From Mesotaenium endlicherianum (taxonomy: Eukaryota), in the NCBI GenBank assembly GCA_009602735.1, contig WELA01001056.1:242964-262963 (forward strand): a DNA stretch of 20,000 nucleotides, given 5' to 3'. A model generated the notes under the pieces. That model had not been told where the DNA came from and did not search any database. It saw nothing but the letters and a program-made list of their open reading frames with translations. Position 1 is the first letter of the stretch; each line of letters opens with the position of its first letter. Shown here one piece after another: positions 11,343-20,000 of the stretch. The translations under genes and the position numbers were made by a program.

Positions 11343-12768
11343 GGTACGAAAGCCGAGGTTGACTGATGTTTACATACTTGAACCTGTTGTTGACTTCATG
11401 CTGACCCAAAACTGACTTAGGAAAAGAGATTCCGTCCTGCTATCAGCCCTAACAAACAGGAGAAAAAAGTCAATAGGGGTGCGTAAATTACGACGGCACG
11501 CCGGACAAAGAAGAGGGCAGACCTTTCTATTCTATGTTTTATGGATGTTATTTGCTTGTTTGGATGCTAGAATACCCGACTCAAACCAAAAGAATGTCTT
11601 CTAAAATTTTTACGATTTTGTCAAATTAAGGGGTCTTGAAGAGGGTAATAAAGAGGATCGAAACATACACAAATTAGGGCGTCATGAGGAACGGTAGTCT
11701 TTCACCAATCTTATCTCACGTGAAATTTTGCGTTGAGAGAGTAGGTCTGTTACTTTTCCACCAAGCGGCGCTAAACTCAATCCAAGCGCCTACTTTGTGG
11801 ATCGATTTTGGCCACTTTACTACTTGTGTCTATCCGTGTCGGTGCCCCTGGACACGTGCCTTCACGTGTGGTGTTGACTTGGTCAACCTTTGTTGGTGGC
11901 TTTCACACGTGTGTCGTTGACCTGGTTGATTACAAAGGGCTGTGTCAGTGGATGGGCAGACCTCGTTGATTCTACTCCTCTGTTGACCTGAAACGGCAAA
12001 GCTCAAGTTCTTAATCAGCAGGCTTAGTGTTCACACACTAAATTTACTTTCACCCTTTCCTTTCAAAGGGTTTTAATTGTTTGCAAAACATATTGGGTGC
12101 CTTTGATTCTCCTTACTCGCAATGCAGAAGTGACTACTTCTAGGCGGGTTCTTTACCCATGCCGACGGGTTCACAACGATTGTATTTTGTAGAAAGCAAC
12201 GCAAGAATGAATGGAAATCAAAGAAAGTCGCCTTCTTATACTATCGCGCTACTTTTTATGACGAACAAGCTGGCAAATTTCTGAACCTACAGCAATCTAT
12301 TGCTGTTTGGCCAAAATTTATTTGCTCTTAATCACACTTATTACTTTCTCACTGTAAGCTCATATTTTTGAGATTTTTAGCGACAATTTAGTCTTAGCAC
12401 TTATTTTTTGCAAAAAATATAAGAACTTCAAAGTTGATTCGCAACTCACCATCTTATGCATACCCATACAAAGAGAAAAAAAAGTCTTAAAAACGTTGGC
12501 AAAAGCGTGGCTTTCAGGCTCCTCGTCGCTCGGAGAATGTCTTTCTTCTCCTTCACGCCTCTCCTTATCTCCTTTTCCGCATATAATGAATTCCAATACG
12601 ATGTGTGCTTTTCTCACAAGTATACATGCAAGGTCCACCAGTCACTAATTTACATCCTTAACTTTCTTACACAAAAATTGGCCTTACAAACCATTTTTTG
12701 CCTTTTTCTGTCAAAGTTTTCAAATGCAGAGTAAAAGACCTAAATAAAACCAACATAAATTTTGTATG

Positions 12769-12785
12769 TTTTTTTTTTTTTTTTT
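12769..12785 (+). repeat. Poly-T tract (17 nt)
   Basis: Homopolymer seen directly. Confidence 0.9.
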
Positions 12786-13402
12786 CCTTACTACCATCTT
12801 TCAACTCCGTTTCACTATTCTTCTATGATGTACTTTTTTAGCTTACATCATTAAGAGGTAGGGTACTAAGCATGGTAATGAGTAAAAACAACACAAATGT
12901 CCGATTTTAGCATGTGACTATCCGCATCATATACAACAACGTTGAGTTGTTTCATGTATCAGTAATGTGTAGTAGATTACAAAGTATTATACGATACACT
13001 GCAAGTAAACTTTGTTCGTGATTAGGATTGGAATGAAAGTAATACAAGTACAATGCAATTTTCCTATATGAATCCTTGAGACCTAAAGGCGTATGAGGGA
13101 AAGCTTCATGGTTTATAACATTGGCGCCTCTTTCAAGGCTTATTACATTGCCGCAAGCATGATCGGAAAATGTAAAGGTTATCATATGTTTAATATTTAT
13201 GCGTTTAAGTTAGGAAGGTAGAGCAAATGAAGAGAAAGTGCTTTGGGCACCGAGTAGCTAATTTTGATATGTGAAGAGACGAGGTACAAATTTGGTATAA
13301 GAACAATATTTTTGCGAGAAGTTAGGCACATCATTATCGATTGTTAGGTTTAAACATGACTCGGTAAAAGTGTATGGAGGGTATTTTTGAGTACTTTCAT
13401 AT

Positions 13403-14126
13403 GGGCGAATTCCCAAACTACATCTACAACTTTGCTTTATTACCAAATATACGTACAGTCTTAAACTTATTCCCAAACTACGTACCGCACATGCAATCTA
13501 CGCACATCATATGTACGACCAGTCATTCTAGGTCCTAGCATTCTAGCACACAAATTCCCACGTTTTCCTACCTAACACGGTTTTTGTTGCCTGCACATTA
13601 GAATTTTTGAAGTGAAACACTTTCACAAAGCAAACAAAGGCTACCACATCAAAGTTTTGGAACACAAGTTTTTTTTCCGTACGTACCTTTGCTCCTTCAT
13701 TTTGAAAACTTGATTACATAGATGCTCAACTCCTCGCAATTCTTTCCATCTTCACGTAGGAACGTACTGATATGAAGGCCTGCCTACCCGCCGCTACGGG
13801 CTGTTTTAGCTCCCAACTATAAACTTTATAGTTAGGTGTCCTATTTAGAATGGAGGCGCGGCAAAGGGGTTAAAGAATTCAAATGCGTGATGATGGAGGA
13901 ACAAAAGGGTAGTGAGAAGTGCGTCCACAAATTTTTGATGTGGTTGGTTTCGTTTGCTTTGTGAAAAAGTTTCATGTCCCCCAGGTAGGAAAACGTTGGA
14001 ATTCGTGTGCTAAAATGTAGAATGACTGGACTTACATGTGCGGTACGTAATATGGGAATAAGTTTGAAATTGTACGTATATTTGGTAGTTAAAGCAAAGT
14101 TGAAGACGTAGGTTGGGAATTTGCCC
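13403..14126. mobile_element. Second non-autonomous MULE-like element, 724 bp, long degenerate TIRs
   Basis: Left GGGCGAATTCCCAAACTACATCTACAACTTTGCTTTATTACCAAATATACGTACA...; right (rc) GGGCAAATTCCCAACCTACGTCTTCAACTTTGCTTTAACTACCAAATATACGTACA.... Inverted similarity extends ~200-260 bp with indels. Termini resemble those of the 1345-2291 element. TSD degraded (CTTTCATAT vs ATTTCCAAA, 5/9). Confidence 0.82.
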
Positions 14127-14364
14127 ATTTCCAAAGTTCGTCGTAGTTTCATCGTTTGTACGTTTGAGGGGTAAACATGGGTAAAAGGGAAGGTGGATTG
14201 ACGTGGACAAGTGAATTGGGACGTCGAAGGCTGCGGACGACGCGTAACAAGAGTCTGATTTGGTGGACTGGGCTGGACTGGGCTACAGAAGGTGGTTTAA
14301 GTGGGTTTAAGAAATTGAAAGAAACGAGAGAGTTGAACAATGCTGGTGCATACAAGGTGGAATA

Positions 14365-16018
14365 CACTCTAAAAATCCGCGGAGGCCGAATGGAAGGATA
14401 ATGACGCGGAAATGATAATGACGCCCACTTTTTGGGTCGTTCACTGCTAGTTATACTGAAATCAAGGCTTCCGGAATATCTGAGCGCTTCGGAGGCTCGT
14501 CTAAGTCCGGGATCCGACCTTTTCAGACACCTTTCAGATGCCTTCCTTCGCTTCCCCCCAAATCGACAGGAAAGTTTGTGTTTTTACATACCAAATTCCT
14601 GGCCTTATTGAAAAACGCAAATTGCTGAAACATAGTTCTGAAAATGTTTTCCGTGCGGAAATGTTTTCAATTTTTCACCTTGCTGATTCGCGATTTCCTG
14701 AAGATTGCAATTCCTGAAATCCATATACACACATTAACCAAGGGTTCCACAAGAACTTTTCCGGGCAGTTCTTTACTCAATGAGCGATTTAGTTGTCGGT
14801 TTTATATAGGCTGGACCAATGAGGTGGTGTTGTGTAACCCAACTCAAACCACGTCTGAATACAGAGGAGCTCACATGACTATCATAACGTGCATCTATTT
14901 CTATGTTTTACACGCCCATCAATCTATCTTCAGCATCTCCCTCTCGTACGCGAGGTGAGAGGGCGAAGATAGAAACTTGCTCTCAAATAAGAGCGAGTTG
15001 GCTAAGTTGGGTATAATTTAAATTGGATGTGATCGCGGCAGACAACAAGTTGTGCCATGTGATACTTACCATAGAGACATGGTTAGATGCTTCAACGATA
15101 TCAATTTAATGTTTTAATGCCTAAACCCACGCACGCCTCAAAAGTGAGAGAGAGAATTCGCATCCGAAGCGCGTCCAGCCTCAACCCGAAACGTTATGAT
15201 TTTGAGTGGACGTTTTGGTCGGTCGAATCTTTTTTAAATATTCCGAATCGCGTAATCCCACAAAAATAATGGAGCTCTACCGACAGTGGGGTCCCATTGA
15301 GCACAATGACCTAGGTCAAAACGTTTAAGACTGACGCAGAATGTCCGCTGATCCTGATACGCGAAGAATCTTGCCCTAGGTTCAGGTGAAACGACTTCTG
15401 ACCTCCCCTAATAGGACCCCTTTGGATCGCGAGGACCTCCGCTCGACGCCGGCCAGAACGGGCAGTCAATTTTGAGCATGCATGCCCGGGCTTCAACGAA
15501 AGTTCTTGCATTGGCCAATGAAACGCCTGGGTCAAGGCCCAGGAAAAACTTTTCGGACGTAGGGGAGACATATCGTTTATAAATGTCCCGTCCGGCAAAT
15601 CGGGACTCCCTCTTGGGTTAACGGTCTTTCTTTTGGGTCAGTAGGTGACAACATTCTGCTGATTCTGACAATCTTCACGATTCTCTGTCTTTTAGAACGA
15701 TTAAAATGGTGCCTCTAACAACGAAGGAGAGTCCATCGACACACGAGTGAAGAACTCTAGGTCGCGCGCACGTCTGGTCCACGCCCTAGGGATGCCGATT
15801 CTGCTCAATGGGACCCCACTGTGAAACGAACCCTGACGGAAGTCGCGTCTGAAAAAGCTTCATTACTGGAGACAGAGGCGAAGAGTTTCAGTACTGAAAT
15901 TTTTGAGTGATTCCATAATGAAACGAGATATCAGTATCCGTAATTCCGGAAGGTGTACACTTTACACTTCCTGAAACCGATTTCCGGAGCCGAAAAGCGG
16001 CTGGGGATTTTTAGAGTG
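14365..16018. mobile_element. CACTA/EnSpm(CMC)-like non-autonomous element, 1654 bp, CACTC termini, TA on both flanks
   Basis: Perfect 14-bp TIR CACTCTAAAAATCC (14365-14378) / GGATTTTTAGAGTG (16005-16018), with TA on each side. Repeated subterminal CTGAAA/TTTCAG and TTCCGGA motifs occur near both ends. It interrupts the right TIR of an outer element exactly. Confidence 0.72.
15284..15821. mobile_element. 538-bp MITE with 20-bp perfect TIR, nested in the CACTA-like element
   Basis: CAGTGGGGTCCCATTGAGCA (15284-15303) / TGCTCAATGGGACCCCACTG (15802-15821). Subterminal CTAGG motifs at both ends. TSD unclear (CGA vs TGA, or TCTACCGA vs TGAAACGA), so superfamily not assigned. Confidence 0.8.
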
Positions 16019-16494
16019 TATGCTAGGAAATCGGGGACATTTCGTCCACTTTTGGTGAAAGTCAAGCATGCCAGGTTAAGTGCCCCCCTTGTGGCAGCTT
16101 GTGGTGCCGTCTGGTGCCGTCAGCCCATGCGTCAGCCCCCAGATTGTGCTTTGCTGATCCTAATGCACCAGTAATGCACAGCTGACAGGGACTGGCCAGC
16201 GCAGGCCAGAACGGCGCAAAGAATAGAAAGCTCATTATAGCCAATTGTGCCTCAGTATCACCCATCATGGCTTTTATCTGCTAACGGAACGTAGAAAATT
16301 CGATATTTAAAGCTGTTTAAAGCACTCAACGGCGCTCGGGAGCATGGCTGGGAGCAGCTGGGAGCCTGGAAGTCGACTCTTCACGAGTCCCCCGGAATCG
16401 GTAGGAACTTTTCTCCGGACTTTGCTAGACCTCGACTGATTTAATTTTGCCACATGTCGACCTGTCTTAGCCTGTCCAAGCTCTGATCGTAGGC

Positions 16495-19380
16495 ATGCCA
16501 GCGCCAGCTCAACTGAACCGGGCTCTTAGCTGCGCCCCGCATTTGAACTGGCTCATCAGGTTATGATACTTGTGTAGAAACGCATCAGGGCAACATCCCA
16601 CGATTGATGTTATATTGTCGATTCTAGACTGCAGTTCACAACGAGAGACACTATCAGCGTTAGTCCGTAAACGAGGAAATATTGCTTATTCTCGAATAAA
16701 AACGTCCCGTGTCCTTCGATACAGGTTCATTGTAAGAGTTTACTCTTTAGCAGCTTCCCTCCTGCATCACGTAAAAATTCGGCAAGGTTGTGCTTCGCTT
16801 CGAGAATGGAGCCTACAAATGAAGCAGATTATCCTCAAATCAAGGCCCCAGTAACTGACGTTGCTGAACTGGAGTTAGACACTGCAGTTCACGGTGAGGG
16901 TTTGCGAGAGGAAGCTGCAGAAAACGGCGAGGGGTCGAAGGACCTGACCGTGGCTGCTGGTGAGTTTCATATAGCTATTGTCATAACTTTTGTGCATTAT
17001 TTTGCGATTAGCATCTCTTATCGTCTAGGAATTGACCACAATGGAGAAATTTTATTGGAAGGAACGCTCTGCTAGAAAGAGCAACGAAGAGTAAGCAAAG
17101 ACGTCCCAACCAAAGGAGAACAAGCTAGGACTAGGTTGCGGTATAGAAGGGCAACTCAATGACTGATATTTGGCAATCGCACCCTTGGGCAATTCAAGAG
17201 TGATGCATAGTTTGCTTGAGCAATGAAAATGTCACTGAAAGGTACACTCTTCTAATATTGGTGAAGAGAAAGTTGCAATATGCACATTTTACGAGTTCTT
17301 TGCTTGCTAGACGGTCGTAGGGTAGAATTGCTTGACATTTTCAAATGGTTTGCAGGAGGAAAGCTAATCAATTGCTGTTTAAAGTTGCAAGCAACTGGGA
17401 CAATGGGCACTCATAGAACGCCTCTCATAGTTTTTTGGACTTCTGCATAATATTCATAGTTCCACCTGTTTCCAGTATCAGAGCTCAACTTGTCGTTTTT
17501 ACAATGCTGATGCATTTACATAAACGCACTAAATACGGGAAGGACTCTTTGTATCAAACGCATGGGAGGGCTTCAACACCATGATGCTTGAACTCTGCCT
17601 TTAAGGCTGCCCTCATCCATGTTTCTTGCCCTCTTCCATTTGGTCTTGGCAATGATTTCTCCATAGTGTAGGCCATCAGTAGCTTCAGTCATAGTGTTGT
17701 ATTTATGTCTGGAGAAAGTTGACCCGTAAATAACATCCCTTGGGTGCATTTCATGGGCAGCACCTCTGTCCTGCTGTAGTCATGCTGAACAAAATAACCC
17801 GTAAGGATGTGGTTCTGCTCCTGGTGGAGGCAGACACAGAGCAGGTGTCTGCTGGAGCGGGCGAAGTGAGTGTGAAGCAGGAGGGGGAGGAGGCTGGGGG
17901 GAGAAATCATGACATGCTGGCACCCTTCACGGCCGCCCGCCAGGTGGGCAGCCACACCTCCAGCTCAGCATCTACTCTGCCTGACGCTTGCCCTCACATC
18001 TCTTGCACAACTGGCGCTGTCCCTCCCCTAGGTCTCCCCTGCACTTATATTTGGAGGAGCTTCGGAGGATTTATGATTTGAGTGGAGCTTCTTTAGTCCT
18101 TGCTCAGACGCGATTGGGGGGAGGGGCAATGAGGGGGGCAGGAGCGCAGAAGTGGGGGTTGAAGGGGGCGAAGGTGCTTAAAAGTTGTACGCTTCTCTAC
18201 TCATGCAGGCATGCTAATACTATATAGTGCAGAATATATCTGTACATAATTTATTTTGAGTGCTGGGGTGTGGTTTTGTGACGATTTTATGTAGACAGAA
18301 GTCACATCCCGTTTCGTATGTACATGCAATTTAAATGCACCTAGTATATGTGTTTTTTGTCTGTACGTACTTTTTATCAACTTACACGTGCATCTTGCTC
18401 CTCTGGCCTTTTGTATAAGCAACATCAATATGAGTGATAATCGCAACTTTTATTAGTGGTTTTGGAACCCCTTTCTTCCCCTGATGATTGCGTCTTGAGT
18501 CAGCAGCATAGACCACGAGACCGAAATTTTCCACCAACTGCTAATGTCAATACCGAAGTCGTCACTGCCTCCCTTGACCACATGTTTGTCGCTTAGTGAA
18601 GTGACGACAATGATATCGGACTCTCCCCCTGCTACACTTGTATATATCATTAGTATAGTATGGTTGCCAGTATCTTACCTAGGAAACGTCTGGTGGGTTA
18701 CGTCCTCAAGCGTACGCCACGTGTGCGGCAGGTAACTTCCATGTGGCAGCCTGAGCTCGCTTGCTTCGGAAGGGCTGGCTTCTAGTGCTCTCAAGCATTT
18801 CTTTTGAGAAAAGGGAGGAAAGAGGGAGAATGGGGGGCCTGATCCGTCTCTCGCTCTATCACGCACAAACCACACACACACACACACACACACACACAAG
18901 CACAATGGCGACTTGTGAGCGAGTGACACTTTTCACATGCTTGCCAACAGCAACATAGTGCAGCCCTCCCTCATATGGGGGTAGAGTTATAATCAAGGTA
19001 GGGAAGAGAAGTACACGCAGCTACTAAAGCGCATGACATGCGATGGCCGGCTGCCTCTGGCTCTCCCTGCTGTGCCTGTGTGCGTGTCTGCCTCTGCACG
19101 GGCGGGCGTGTGCGCTGGGGAATGCGTGCGTGCGTGTGGGCGTGCATCTGTGCAGTACACGGATGAGCTGGGCCCGCTGGTGATCACGCGGTCGGAGGGC
19201 GTGTACGTGTACGACAGCGAGGGGCGCAAGTACCTGGACGCGCTGGCGGGCCTGTGGTCCACGGCGCTGGGCGGCAGCGAGGAGCGGCTGGTGCGGGCGG
19301 CTGACGAGCAGATGCGCAAGCTGCCCTACTACCACTCCTTTTGGAACCGCACAACAGAGCCCGCCCTGGCGCTCGCCAAG
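16495..19380 (+). CDS. POP2: Gamma-aminobutyrate transaminase (GABA-T/POP2-like, class III aminotransferase), 5' portion only; gene continues past the window
   Basis: Firm exons: 17834-17943 (...[12 protein letters not shown]) and 19156-19380 ([34 protein letters not shown]...[12 protein letters not shown]), matching plant GABA-T. A phase-compatible upstream exon ends at 16959 (G|gtgagt). Tentative first exon 16495-16559 spliced to 16751; alternative start ATG 16806. The 5' model is less certain than the family call. Confidence 0.85.
18872..18898 (+). repeat. (CA)n microsatellite in a GABA-T intron
   Basis: About 13 CA units. Confidence 0.95.
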
Positions 19381-19973
19381 GTCAGCGCTTCGCCGGAACT
19401 ATGGGGGATGGGAAGGGGGGCGCGGGACGTAGGAAGGGAGGGGGCAGGAATGGGGAGGAGGGAAAGAGAGGAGGGGTTCCGGGGGGGCGGGGGGAGGTAG
19501 TGGCTGTAAGAAGTCAGGCAGAATTTGCGTTTTGTGACGCGATAGATTTCCAATGTTGTGTAGTTACTGACTATTGCGTTGACTGCTTTTGCCAGCAGAT
19601 AACACTGTGGTCTTTCGCTTTTGCCGGCCAACCGCCAATATTTGATAGGAAGATAACACCCTCGCAGGCCTGCAGCCAGTCTGCCCTTGTGGGGTCCGAC
19701 CTGTATGTCCGTATGCGTTGGGTCTGCTTTCCCTTTTCCAGTGCCTTGTGGAGCGTCCAGGCGTGCATGCGTGTGTGTGTGCCTGCATGGATGTGGTCTG
19801 GCTTCCAGTCAGCTACATGCAGAAGAGGCTCTGCTTAAATGGTAGGGGGGATGCACAAGGAGACGGAGAGAGGGCAGAAGGGGGAGGGCCAGGCGAGGGG
19901 GGAGGGGGGGGGCCGCCGGTGCATGGTGTTGCTTCTTGACAGGGCATAGCCCCGCCCTGACTGCACTAAGGCT

Positions 19974-20000
19974 GTGTGTGTGTGTGTGTGTGTGTGTGTG
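19974..20000 (+). repeat. (TG)n microsatellite running off the window end
   Basis: tgtgtgtg... to position 20000. Confidence 0.95.

Larger units (their letters stand above)
12855..16089. mobile_element. Old outer TIR element (~0.85 kb once nested insertions are removed) hosting the MULE and the CACTA-like element
   Basis: Left end GGGTACTAAGCATGG...AAATGTCCGATTTTAGCA...TCCGCATCATATACAACAACGTTG (12861-12944). It aligns with the reverse complement of the right end, GGGCACTTAACCTGG...AAATGTCCCCGATTTCCTAGCA (16085-16021), and continues across the CACTA insertion into TCCACCTTGTATGCACCAGCATTG (14361-14338). Boundaries approximate. Confidence 0.55.

Noticed and set aside
11475..12057. Possible TIR pair AGGGGTGCGTAAATT / AATTTACTTTCACCCT
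   Set aside because: Short, gapped match with no TSD.
12769..12850. Poly-T as the tail of a minus-strand SINE or LINE
   Set aside because: No TSD, Pol III boxes or reverse-transcriptase remnant identifiable.
14420..14451. Helitron-like 3' end (hairpin + TTCACTGCTAGT), with the same 12-mer after a short hairpin at 200-211
   Set aside because: It lies inside the CACTA-like element with no compatible A|TC 5' end, and the hairpins are weak. A genome-wide search would be needed to revive it.
18481..18530. Intronic C/D snoRNA (TGATGA box)
   Set aside because: No CTGA D box at a suitable distance, no terminal stem, no recognisable rRNA guide.
3690..19380. Nitrogen-assimilation gene cluster (NRT2 + GABA-T)
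   Set aside because: No nitrate or nitrite reductase and no NAR2 in the window; the genes are separated by DIM1 and transposons.

Overview
Eukaryotic nuclear DNA with spliceosomal GT-AG introns. Protein motifs indicate a streptophyte; the intron-rich, GC3-high genes suggest an alga such as a zygnematophyte (inference). Three genes: (1) an 8-exon high-affinity nitrate transporter NRT2 (+, 3690-7691, 538 aa; a 451-N gap lies in intron 4); (2) a convergent 2-exon DIM1/TXNL4A/YLS8 U5 snRNP gene (-, 9373-10964, 142 aa); (3) the 5' part of a POP2-type GABA transaminase (+, ~16495 to beyond the window), with a putative transit peptide followed by a long acidic linker. Intergenic DNA holds several non-autonomous DNA transposons, recognised only from their termini. 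One is a Mutator-like element with a 9-bp TSD 1.4 kb upstream of NRT2. Between DIM1 and GABA-T is a four-element, three-tier nest: an old degenerate-TIR element contains a second MULE and a CACTC/TA-flanked CACTA-like element, which in turn contains a 538-bp MITE. All three genes have low GC3 at the 5' end and very high GC3 internally. No prokaryote-type system, RNA gene or CRISPR array was found.
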